Below, piece by piece: positions 53,331 through 64,000 of a DNA stretch of 64,000 nt. Within the stretch, counting starts at the first letter, position 1; each line of letters begins with the position of its first letter. The notes under the pieces were generated by a model that had not been told where the DNA came from, ran no database searches, and saw nothing but the letters and a program-made list of their open reading frames with translations. Source of the DNA: Parasitella parasitica NRRL 2501 (taxonomy: Eukaryota; Fungi; Mucoromycota); contig MU619277.1 of the NCBI GenBank assembly GCA_025201805.1, positions 90,507 to 154,506 of the forward strand, read 5' to 3'. The position numbers and the translations under genes are program-made.

Positions 53331-54941
53331 ATGTCTATCAATTTGATGCAACAACAACAACAACAACAAGATGAATTGCGTGGAATTATGCCTCCATTGA
53401 TGCATACAAGCTATGAACAACATCACTCATCTATTTCAAATGATGATTACAGCTATCCTTTGGATCAGACGGCAGCCAACAGCTTCTTGTCTTATTCTTC
53501 TTCCACAGTTCATAAAAGGCAATGTCATCAGAGTACAGAAGCATCACATCATTACAACGATCATGATCAATATCCTTCTTACGAGGAGTTTGATGCTATT
53601 GTGCAAGATTATCTTCAAAACCTATCTTCAAAGAAAAGAGACAAGGCTTTAATTGACCAAGCTCGTTATGCAATGATACTGCAAGTTTTGAAAGATCCAC
53701 GCAATACTGCCGTATCCACTGCTCAATTCAGATTTTGGGTTAAGAAAATGTTTCAACTGACTTCAAGACAAATTGTTTGCCACGATGGTAAACCCGTTGC
53801 TATGCGGGAGCATATTTACAGCATTTTAGTTCGTGCCCATCGTGAAGCTCACCATGGAGGTCGAGACAAGACATCAGCATTGGTAACTAGAGAGGTTGTT
53901 AAACAAAGAAATAACATGTACTAACTCGAAATAAAGGTTCGCAGAAGATATTCTTGGATTCCCAAGGAACTCATCGCCCGATTTGTCCGTCATTGTCCTT
54001 TCTGCATCTCCCGTCGAAACGGTAGCCAGCAGAGTCCTTTATCTCTCGGTATCCTTTTGCCTGTTACTCCACCTACTTATTCAATGGTTTCAAGCGCTTC
54101 CATGTCAGCTGAAGATAGTCGCCAAAGGGCTCCTTCTATGATCACATCCAACTCATCAGCTTCTTCAAACGCTTCTTATCCCGAAGAAATGATGATGATG
54201 GCAGCAGCTGCATCTCACCATCAAAGTCAACAAGATCATCGTCAACAGCAGTCGATGTCTCCCTTTGGTACAGGTACAGCCCTTGATATGTCATGGCAGA
54301 CGTCAACATCAGCCTCTCAGCAGCATAATTATTATACAGCAGAAGCAGCCGCTGCAGCCGCCGCAGTCTCTCTATCAAATAGTAGTTCCATCTTTGACAA
54401 TCACAACCAGCACAGTGCCCATTCTGGATACTACGCCAACAGCAACAGCACAAGACAGCAACCCTACATGCTATCGAATAGTCATAGTTCGCCCGATGTA
54501 CAGGACTCTCAACAACCCATGACTATGCAGCCTGCTTTATCGGTCTACTATGCACAGGAGTATGGATTGAAACAAAGCCCAGCCTATTCCTTAATTGAAC
54601 CTACAAACAATATGACATTTGTACCTCCTATTTCCTCATCCCGTAACCATCACAATTTACTTTATTCTTCGTCCAATGCCACTGCAAATAGCAGTGCTGC
54701 TACGACGACAGCAAATGCAACGCCTATAGTCAGTAGTCATTGCGCTGGTTCACCGTCCCTATCACCATCCTCATCATCCACTTCAGCCAATTCATCACCT
54801 GTGCATCCTGTTTATCATGAGACAACAAGCGATAATAAGTATATTCAACGTCAGCAAGCATCAAATACTTCACTTCCTACATCCACCGGTGCACCAACTA
54901 ATGCTTTAAGCTTACTTTCCCATCATCAGTCATTATTTTAG
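53331..54941 (+). CDS. Low-complexity protein with an integrase-type H2C2 zinc-binding domain (probable domesticated regulator); intron at about 53883-53936
   Basis: FRFWVKKMF...GKPVAMREHIYSILVRAHREAHHGGRDKTSAL|VRRRYSWIPKELIARFVRHCPFC; Q/S/A-rich flanks; no DDE core. Confidence 0.85.
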
Positions 54942-57014
54942 GGGAGCAGCACGGCACTAATACAAAAAATCGCACACAAATACACTAAACACACATATAC
55001 ATACACATCCTTATGACCAGAAAAGAAGCCGTTCTTTTAAACAACAAACTGCAATGTAATTTGATTGAGTTCTACAAAAAGCAACGAAAAACAACAACAA
55101 AAAATATGCGACTCCGGATATTTACATTTTCCTTGCTTGCTGTTTAAAACTTTTCTTTTCTCTTCCTACAATTAAGCTACTCCAAAAACAAATCAAAAAA
55201 ATACTATACTGCTTCTTGCTTCATCTTTCTTTTCATGCAATCCCCTTTATTATTATCTTATTCAATTTAACAATGATAATTTTACTTTATATTGTTATAT
55301 GATTTAAACCATTATTATTTTGCTTGTAATTTTTTTTCTTTATACATAACTTCTTTCTTATTATATGCGAAAAAAAAGAATGTGCCTTTTTTTCTACTTT
55401 TTTTTCTTAAAACTGATTGATTGTATATTACAAATTTAATTAAATACATATACATAATTTTACCATGAATAAAATCAACTAGTTGGTTTTTATCATGAAA
55501 AAAAAACTATAATGGTTCATATTAGGACATCCTTTCGCAGATTGTGGCATGGGATATTTACCCCTGGAACACTCCTTATGTCAGCAAAGCTCTTTGACAG
55601 GTTACACATTCAGGGGCTAGTCTCTAATAGTCATTACAATATCAAATACACAAGTGCGGCCTATACGACATTGCAATAAATGCACGTTTGGTCTTGAAAA
55701 AATATGTTTAGATAATCAGTTTTCAAAGAAAATAATATTGTTGATAATAACGTCTGAATTTGATTTGGGCTTCACTGCGATGAACTGCTATCTGAAATAT
55801 CATGTTATAATTCTATGAAGATCAATGAAAGAGATATATTACGTTTTCTGATAGCGCCAAAGTTAGATCTATCATTATGATTTAGAGGTTCGAGGCTTGA
55901 CAATGAAATTCTTTCCACATTGCAGTTGGCTTTCTGTTATCGAAGCAATTATCGTAAGCAGGCAAGACAAGAGGTATTCACATTAAGATACGTAATTTTT
56001 TTTTGAGATGAGATAATTGCCTTTTCACTACCTCATCTTGATCAATCAAAACTATTTCAATGTAAAATAGTTAAATTTTCAGTGAAAAAAAAAATTTCAT
56101 AAAGGACCTTACCAACCATTTTTATTTCCTAGCTTTCATATAATACTTTGAAAAGAGATGCAAATTATTCACAACATATGGCTTATTATTATACATGCAA
56201 ACAAGCAATATTCAGGTAATGTACCAAAAAAAAATCAGTACAACGCCTATTTCTAGTGTCGATTGCAGCAAGATGACAACAAGGCTTAGACTAACACTAA
56301 GGCCAGTGTGTCCAAGTCAACAACTCGACTGAAGTATGGTATCTGAATTAACTATTAAGCTTAGATTGACAGGAGGCCAATGTGTTCGTTGGTCTACAGC
56401 CTGGCACACCTATCTATCAACCGTTTTCCTGAGCAAGTTAAGCACTTATTTTAATCGACATTTGAGACAAAAAACCAAGTATATGGGCGACTTGGCTTGG
56501 CTTTAATTATCTTTTTGAGATCTTTTGAAATCACATCATCATGTAATACTGAAGCATTTACTAGATTTTCACTCAGTTTGAGGCACTTGTTTAGCATCAC
56601 TTTCAATCTTTTGACTTGATTTCCCTTCTTGGACGTGTCTTTATTAACAAAGCAAAAAGTTCATGATTGCCACCTAGTATTGATATATATTTTCAAGATG
56701 CGTGCCAAGCGTCTTGGTTTCATGAAACATGCGGTGAATTTCTCGTGTAGTTTGACGATGCAAATGTGGAATCTTTTAAGTGCCACATTATGCCATCAAT
56801 GTTATAGAAATACGGCCCCACAGGTCTCTATTCCTTGGAGCGTTGGTAATTCCCTCGAGAACACGTTTGTAATGGCTCGCATATGGTGAAATTGTCTGTG
56901 GCGGAAGTGTGTACAAGTGGCTTATGGCCCTTTGCATCTAGTTTGAAGGTACTTTTTCTTTTTTTTCTTTTTTTTTCAGTCCCTTTATTCAAAATTCTTA
57001 CAGTAATATTAAAG

Positions 57015-58175
57015 ATGGTCAAGGTAAAAACAGAAGCAAATCAATGAGTTTGGTATACGTCAGAGTATTTACTGTATAGTATAGACTATTGGCACTCACA
57101 GCGGCCATTTTCACTGGTAAGCATTTGTGTGAACAAGGTTATGCCAGCTATTTTGACCCAATATCCTTTTTCATAGCGATGAAGCGTTGGCTGTTTCCTT
57201 ATTAAAAAAGACCAAGGAATTTGCTGGAGCAAACTTGATCCGTACTCGTGACTCTAATAAACTAGCTGAATGCGACATTGTTGTCGATGTTGGAGGTGTC
57301 TATGATCCGGCCACTCATAGATACGATCACCATCAAGTAAGTTGCATTTGTTGTACTTGATAACAGGCTTTTGATGTCATGTCCAATAGCGTGGATTCAC
57401 AGAGGTATTTGACGATAAACACGCCACCAAATTAAGTTCTGCTGGCTTGGTTTACAAGCATTTCGGTAAGGAAGTTGTCATGCATCTGCTTGGTAAGACT
57501 GAATTTGATGACGATGTGGAGATGCTCTATCAAAAAACCTACCATGGATTTGTCGAAGCCTTGGATGCCAACGACAATGGAATCAGCGCATACCCTAGTA
57601 CAATCACACCTCTTTACAAAGAATCCCCCACTAGTCTTTATCATAGAGTAGCCAAAAAGAACCCCAATTGGAATGTACCCATGACAGATGCTGAAATCGA
57701 TGCTCGTTTTGTTGAAGCCTCTGATATGGCTGGTGCTGAATTGGCGGATTATGTAAAGGGTCTCCAAGAATCTTGGCTGCCTGCTCGTTCTCTTGTTGTA
57801 GATGCACTTGATAAGGCTACCGATGTTCATCAGTCTGGCCGTATCATTGCTCTCGAACGTTCTTGTCCTTGGAAGGAACATTTACTTGAGCTCGAAAAAG
57901 AACGTGGTTTGGTTGATGATAAGTCTATTTTGTACGTCCTTTATCCCGAATCTTCCCCTGAAGGCAATTGGCGTATCCAATGTGTCCCTCTTCGTCCTGA
58001 AGGCTTCGAAAATAGAAAGAGCCTGCCTGAAGCTTGGAGAGGCTTCCGTGACGATGAACTGAGTCGCATCTCAGGCGTCAATGGTTGTATCTTTACTCAT
58101 GCTGGTGGTTTTATTGGCGGCAATAAATCTCGCGATGGTGCTTGCGAGATGGCTAGACTTGCTTTTGAATTGTAA
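57015..58175 (+). CDS. MYG1: MYG1 family exonuclease
   Basis: IGTHSGHFH|CDEALA, VVDVGG, YDHHQ, KLSSAGLVYKHFG, DANDNG, CPWKEHL, WRGFRD, FTHAGGFIGG. Confidence 0.96.
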
Positions 58176-58404
58176 ATATATTAAGTTATAGTTTAATTAA
58201 AAAAAACAGCAGGCAAAAGGTGTGTGCTCAAACCACGTTGATATGAGTTTGAAGAAACAAACGTTTGATGGCGTAATATCGAGCATATAGTACTTTTTTA
58301 TACTTTTACTAGGTGTTTAGGAGCAATTTTATTACTTGCAATGGTATAACCTGCATCGAAAAGGGTGATAAAAAGGATAGCGTTTTCCAGAAAACATTGA
58401 AAAA

Positions 58405-60189
58405 TTATTTAAAAGATATATGAGCTAGACTACCAGAGCCGCGCCTTAGAGATAGCGGTCTAGAAGATGATGCTATACTACAACTGCTTATAGAATGTCT
58501 TCTGGTGCCTTCCTCTTCTCGCTGCTGACGTTGCTGTTGCCGTTCAGCTTCAAGCGCTAGCCTAGATGTCGGTAGCATGTATAATGGAGGTGCACTGGGT
58601 GGAGCACTCGGCGTATAAGCAGGCGGTGGTGGCAAATCAGCACTTGAAGAGAATGATTCTTGTGACTCTTGTAAATGTTGTTTGTGTTCCAAATGAAATG
58701 GTCCACTGGCAGAGACAGAAGATGAAGAGGATGGAGAGCTGCCGGCATCAAGCACATTTGACGGTGATGATAATATTACTTGTAGTGATGATTCTTCATC
58801 AAATGTGATTGACGGTACGGCATTTAAAGTCGTTATGGAAGGATGTTGTAATTGTCCTAGTCTTTCAAGCTCTTCTTCATTTTCTTCAGTTATACCAGAA
58901 CCTTCATCCTCGAAAGGGTTGTCGTACGCGAAAGCATCCAATTCTTTCGCGCTAGGTGCAGACGGTAGGGCAGTTGCTGTTGTTTGAGATAGCATAGAAA
59001 GCGTTTGGTTTTGACGATAATTTGCGTAACGGTGAGAAGGTATGAGATTAACTGGCTGTGAGGGCGGTGCAGTAGGCGTCAAACTCATACGGTAATCTAA
59101 TGATCGTATCATATTTCGGCTATATGACAAATCGGCAGGGTCACTGAAAGGATCTTGGTTAAAGTTAATAATGGTATCGCCACCATCATTCGAAAAACGA
59201 GCATAATGGTTTGACGAGGGAGATGACGGTGGAGACGAATGAGGAGGAGTAGGTCGTGAGGGTGTCTGTGAGCCGCCACTGTTGTCATTTGCAGCCATTT
59301 CGAGGTCTGCTTCTTTTCTTTTTCTCTTGCGCATATTCATGCGAGTAAATACAAGGCCACCCGTGATAAGCGCTATGCCAGCAATGCCACCGACAATAGA
59401 AAGAGCAGTTACTAATTTTCGGTAGGCTGATTGACCATGTAAAAAGGCTGCTGCTGCTTCAGACTCTTCAGAATTTTCATTTGATGAAGAATCAGTAGAT
59501 TCAGTACTATCGCTTGAAGACGAGGATGATGATGTACCATCGTTAGGGTCGTTTACTTGAGGGCTCTTTGATGTATCACTTTTTTGCTTTGCTGAACCAC
59601 TAGATGAGTCGGAATAAATAGTAGTGGGAGTCTCGGTAGCCACAACAATAATAGTTGTAACAACTGTATTGGTAGGCTCTGTTGAGGTAACTGTGTTGCC
59701 ATCGTTTCCATCATTTTTACTGTTTTCGTGTGAACCTGTTTTTTTATCGCCTTCATCCTCGTCGTCGTCAGGTTTAGATTCATGATGTTTATATTGCTTT
59801 GATGTGGTCTTTGTACTACTACTGCTAATATCGCTCGTGCTACTGCCATTATCATCATCATTAGCATTTCCTTCTTGCTCTTTCCGCTCTCTAGCTCTTT
59901 CTTTGGCTTTTCGAGCCTTTTCCACAGCTTTTCTGACTCTTTCTTCGGCTTTCTTGATGGCTTTGATATCGTCAGCTATATTATTTTTGTCATTTTCATC
60001 TTCATCTCTTTCACTCAGCTCTTGAACAACAATTTTACTCGAAGTTTTAAAGTCGCTATTCTCTGTAAGTTCTGGGGTGATAGCTTTTGTTACTGCTGTC
60101 AATTGATTGGGATAGCATTGATGCAAATTCACTAGTGAGCATGAAATGAAAAATATGATTAAAATAAAGCGAGCTGTAGTTGTAGCCAT
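58405..60189 (-). CDS. Single-pass membrane protein (signal peptide, S/T/D-rich ectodomain, TM, cytosolic PY motifs), Mid2-like architecture
   Basis: Hydrophobic N-terminus, TM LVTALSIVGGIAGIALITGGLVF followed by RKRKRK, PPPPAY and PPLY, NPF and DPF motifs. Confidence 0.8.
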   Translation of the reverse strand: MATTTARFILIIFFISCSLVNLHQCYPNQLTAVTKAITPELTENSDFKTSSKIVVQELSERDEDENDKNNIADDIKAIKKAEERVRKAVEKARKAKERARERKEQEGNANDDDNGSSTSDISSSSTKTTSKQYKHHESKPDDDEDEGDKKTGSHENSKNDGNDGNTVTSTEPTNTVVTTIIVVATETPTTIYSDSSSGSAKQKSDTSKSPQVNDPNDGTSSSSSSSDSTESTDSSSNENSEESEAAAAFLHGQSAYRKLVTALSIVGGIAGIALITGGLVFTRMNMRKRKRKEADLEMAANDNSGGSQTPSRPTPPHSSPPSSPSSNHYARFSNDGGDTIINFNQDPFSDPADLSYSRNMIRSLDYRMSLTPTAPPSQPVNLIPSHRYANYRQNQTLSMLSQTTATALPSAPSAKELDAFAYDNPFEDEGSGITEENEEELERLGQLQHPSITTLNAVPSITFDEESSLQVILSSPSNVLDAGSSPSSSSSVSASGPFHLEHKQHLQESQESFSSSADLPPPPAYTPSAPPSAPPLYMLPTSRLALEAERQQQRQQREEEGTRRHSISSCSIASSSRPLSLRRGSGSLAHISFK

Positions 60190-61100
60190 GTTAAAAATGA
60201 ACAACTTGATTTGTTGAAAATGCTTAAACTGGTGAGAAAAGGAAAAGCTAAAACAATTTCTTTTTTTTTTTCATTTTTCTCTCGAATCTGACTTGAAAAG
60301 CAAGAGCTTACACCATGTCATGTACTCACTCTGACAACCAATGATTTTAGCATCAAAGCGGCGATAGCTGTGCATTTATAAATATATATTGATGAAAAAG
60401 CTCCTTTACAAGGCATTCAGTAGACGCAATGTAGGCATTTGATATTTGGTATCGAAATATTCATTTTAAAATGAATGAATCATCTATTCAACCCAGTTTC
60501 GGTTAAAAGCGAGTGAATTTGCAGCTGCTGACTTTTCCATATACAACCGCTCCTTCACTTTCCCGATCCAACAGTAGCTTATTATCAATGAATAGGCTCC
60601 GTTTTAACAAATAAAACGAAATAGTGCCAATTGAAATGTTTGTAAATTTGTTCATCCCCCTATTTGGAGAGCGCGTTTGAACATGTCATTTAAGCCAAAT
60701 AAAATATTGAAAAAATACAAATTACAGATGTATGTACTTCCATTCTCAATTTACTTGATACTTATGTTCACATTTTTGAAAAAAATTGCTCGCTTGTGTG
60801 TTAAATAAAAAGTGACCAACTGATTATTTTTGTTGACCAATTTATTTTCAAAAAGCTGATAAAATTGGCTTGATCATTTACCACAGCTCGCAAACTTAAA
60901 AAAAAAGTGACCAAGTTCAAATAATGTGGGTGAATTTTCAAAATTCACAAACACTCAAATCTTTTTTATTTTTTTATTTTTTTTTAAAAAAAAGGGGCTA
61001 TCTTGTTGGGTAATTGAACAAATTCGACTATAATAAGCCAAAGACTAAATCTAGCATTAAGCATCTAGAATGTTTACATTAATTTTTTTTTGAAATTCAC

Positions 61101-61215
61101 TACAGTGGGGCTGGTAAATTTTGTCCGTCCAGAAAAAATAAATGGCAGTTTCCGAAAAATAATTGGCAGTAACCTAAAAATAAATGGCGATACCTAGAAA
61201 ATGATTGGCCGTTTA
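61101..61215 (+). mobile_element. Putative Tc1/mariner-like terminus (TA|CAGTGGGGCTGG) with four ~21-bp subterminal repeats
   Basis: AAAAATAAATGGCAGTTTCCG / AAAAATAATTGGCAGTAACCT / AAAAATAAATGGCGATACCTA / GAAAATGATTGGCCG; the partner terminus is not in the window. Confidence 0.55.
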
Positions 61216-61312
61216 TTAGCGAATGATAGTCATTTTCGAAATTTTACTTTGTCTTTTTGGGCTAAGTCAAATTGGCGTCACTGAAAGTTATTGTCGTTAT
61301 CATATCAAGTGC

Positions 61313-63505
61313 TTATTTCTTTGGTGATTTTCCCTTTCCCCCTTTAGCAGGACTTACATTACGTAAAGGACGTAGACCATACTGTGACTGTGATGTAAAT
61401 GATAGTGAAGGTGAGTACTCTGGGCGAACACCTTCTGCTTTTTCCAAAGCAACCTTCTTCGCTTTGATGGCAGTCTTCTTGATAATGTTCTAATATATTT
61501 GCAAAATGTTTAATTGCTAATTTCAATCTTCATTGATTTGGCTTTTACCTTTAATTGTATCACACTTGATATGATGGATGGTAATGCTGAAATATCTTGT
61601 AGGTTGTCGAAGAGGCTGTGCGAGGCCAATTCAATCATTCTGTATGTTCTAGGATATTGAAGATCCATCTTGTATGTTGTCATTTGAAATCCTTCAAGTA
61701 AAATTCCACCAACAACAGGGTGAGACACACCTTGTCGTATGAGCATATTTAGCATCCAGGCCATTTGCTTTCCTATTTTTACAATATCTGACTCCACGGC
61801 ATTGCCGTTTGCATTAGATGGAGGCTTTACTTCTGATATCAACAAATCGTATCTCCCTTTACTATGATTGACAAATAGCAAAAAATCCGGTTTATATATG
61901 CTCGACTCGTTCAAGTACCCATTGGCCCTAAAACATTTGTATTTAGTAAGAGCGCAATAGTAGATATATCTAATATATCTAATATATGCTTCAAAAGTCA
62001 AGACTTACCATTGGTAAGACCATATCGGGTCTGGTTGAAAGACAGATTCAAGTATAATTGATATGATTGCATGAACATAGGAATCCTCGAGCTTGATGTT
62101 TGGAATTCTATTCGACATATTCAAGGTGCTAAAAAATGCATTAGTACACCACCATTTATGATATTAATAAGCAATAGTACAGAACTTACATTTTATATAT
62201 AATTGTTGAAGAAATCATTAGAAGGTTATCATTAAGTTCAATTGCTTCTGTGAGGAATGGGACAGTCAATCGTTGCATATCATACCAGTTTGTCGACAAT
62301 GTGCACTCCTATTTGGGTTTTACAGTTAAATTCATATATCTAATAGTAGTATTCAAGTATAATAAATACCTGACATAGCTTGGTTAGCCAAGTGTAAACT
62401 GTTTGAGGAAGGTTTACCTTCCCTTCTAATGTATTCAAATCATCATTTATTTTTTTCAGTTTCAATTCGGCAATATCGCTAAACGCATGAATTATACCAC
62501 TATCAATATAACATTTATACCATAATAAAATAAATTTGACGTACCCACTGAAGTCATTATTGTCATATACATCAAAGTATCGTGTCACTGAGTTGTTTGG
62601 GTTAAGCGTAAAAAGATAAATATGATTTATAGCTCTATGTATATCAGAGATAGATTAGTAACATTTTAGTTTTGCATTAATATGGTCACTCACAGCAATC
62701 TCAAGTCTGATAGGTTGGCTGGTGGTATTTGTTGTGATATTGCTCTGAAATAATTCAATGCATATAGAATGTCAAATCCATCTACAATCCATGTAACTCC
62801 ATCTTGGTCACGACTTTCAGTATCATCACCGGAGACCGAGGACTCTACGAGATCATAATTAAGGGTACGCAGTGGGTGGTAGTTTGTTGTTAATGTTGAC
62901 GATGAGCTCTCTTCGCTTGTAATTGTTTTTACACTTTAATATTATAAAAAGTACTCAATAAATGAATCAGAGACATATCTCTTTATTTTACTATCTTACC
63001 TTTCCTGGCTATCAGGAATGTCGCTGTCTCTTTCGTCTTCTGCCATTTGGCCACGCTTTTTTGCTTCTTTTGACATCATTTTGTTAGTCGCAATCTCTAC
63101 TTCGTCTTGTGCATTGGCATATGAGCGTTCCTTTCGTCTTTTTCTGTCTTCTTCTTTGAACACCTCCAGAAATTCCTTCTTCGCGTCAGTAGTGCTATAA
63201 TATTTGTAAACCTTTGCAGAATATTGCTGCAGTCCTACAGTACATTCCTTGAATGTGGATTGTTTAGACAAGCTGTTAAAGGCGTCTAATTGCGTGGTGT
63301 ATAGTTTTTCGAAGGTAAATAAGTTTGACTTCTCATGTGAGAAGCAGTTTTTCACCGTGTTTGCAATGTCGGCCCATTCTGAAGCTTTTAAGTTGAGCAA
63401 ATAGTCTGGAATATCAAGTTTTTCCTTAGTTTTATCAGATAAGATTATACTTGCAACCTTGGTGGGTGCTCTGGGCAATCGATAGGTTTTCAGGGTCTTT
63501 GGCAT
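61313..63505 (-). CDS. Multi-exon PD-(D/E)xK restriction-endonuclease-fold protein (Crinkler-like REase family)
   Basis: LEDSYVHAIISIILESVF...W|ANGYL...KPDF...LLISEVKPP...SDIVKIGKQM...VVGGILLEG...YKMDLQYPRTYRMIEL; catalytic D and ExK intact. Confidence 0.8.
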
Positions 63506-64000
63506 TGGAAAAAGAAGATGATTTTCAAAAACCCAAAATTAAAATTCATTTTGAACCATTTGCGCTGAGTTGCTGATGTGACTGCTAGTAAGATTCATTA
63601 AGGTTGGTGGTTCACAATTTACCAATCTTATTGTTTTTTGTCCATTTGTGTGAATATGTATCATTACTCAACAAGATGATTTCTTTATACATATCTTAAG
63701 GACCAGGGATTATGACGTCTTTGTATTTAAAATACGCGCCTCTCAATAATGATACAATCATAGACTGCTATTCAAGAATTTCTCTTGGGCAATTGAAATG
63801 GTAAATTTTATAACGTTTTCGAAAAAACAATAATAATGTTTTATTTCTTAGAAATCATTGCTGCAAAAAACCTTTAATTAATCCCGTTGATCCTCATCAC
63901 ATACTCATGTAAGCCTTCCCTTTGTAATCTGCAGAGTACGCGTCACCCGAAATGCAGCTCTTATATAAATGCATTGAGTGAGTATCTCTTGTTCTAAACA

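Noticed and set aside
54049-54058. GTATCCTTT, a match to the U12-type 5' splice site
   Set aside because: Lies in a continuous open frame, and no U12 branch site or acceptor is evident
55515-55560. Possible WHRD RuvC-III relic before the 55560 hairpin
   Set aside because: Needs an assumed indel and has no supporting upstream motifs
57516-57530. GGAGATGCTCT as the partner of the Harbinger-like end at 1444
   Set aside because: Lies inside the MYG1 coding sequence, 56 kb away; coincidental
61134-61214. Repeat array as a CRISPR-like locus
   Set aside because: Contiguous degenerate 21-mers without spacer-length unique sequence, in a eukaryote; fits subterminal repeats

Overview
AT-rich eukaryotic DNA with short GT-AG introns. 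Gene content and intron style indicate an early-diverging fungus, most likely Mucorales (inference). The window holds about 20 conserved genes: ABHD11, an ACBP/ACBD5-like gene, a frameshifted glycerol-3-phosphate acyltransferase, RPS27, Mpr1-like GNAT, Bem46, STE50, eEF3, NAPE-PLD, DDX59, NOC2, NDUFAF7, a UGT, PP2A-B56, a BCS1-like ATPase, MYG1 and others. They are separated by transposon-debris regions at about 1.4-5.4 kb, 12-16.5 kb, 31-32.5 kb and 60.7-64 kb. The main signal is an intron-containing, internally deleted Fanzor (eukaryotic TnpB-like RNA-guided nuclease) gene at 2199-3480. It is followed by a strand-specific G-U-rich hairpin (candidate omegaRNA scaffold, 3528-3584) that runs straight into the 3' end of a Tc1/mariner (IS630-like) transposase and its TIR, so the predicted guide would be transposase sequence. 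A second, heavily eroded Fanzor-like 'ghost' with intact hairpins lies at about 32.1-32.3 kb. Other notable items are a PD-(D/E)xK nuclease gene next to a TA-CAGTG terminus with subterminal repeats, a structured H/ACA-like RNA in RPS27 intron 1, a stand-alone verprolin/WIP C-terminal mini-protein, and a domesticated integrase H2C2 zinc-finger protein. All calls come from manual reading and motif recognition; no searches or folding programs were run.
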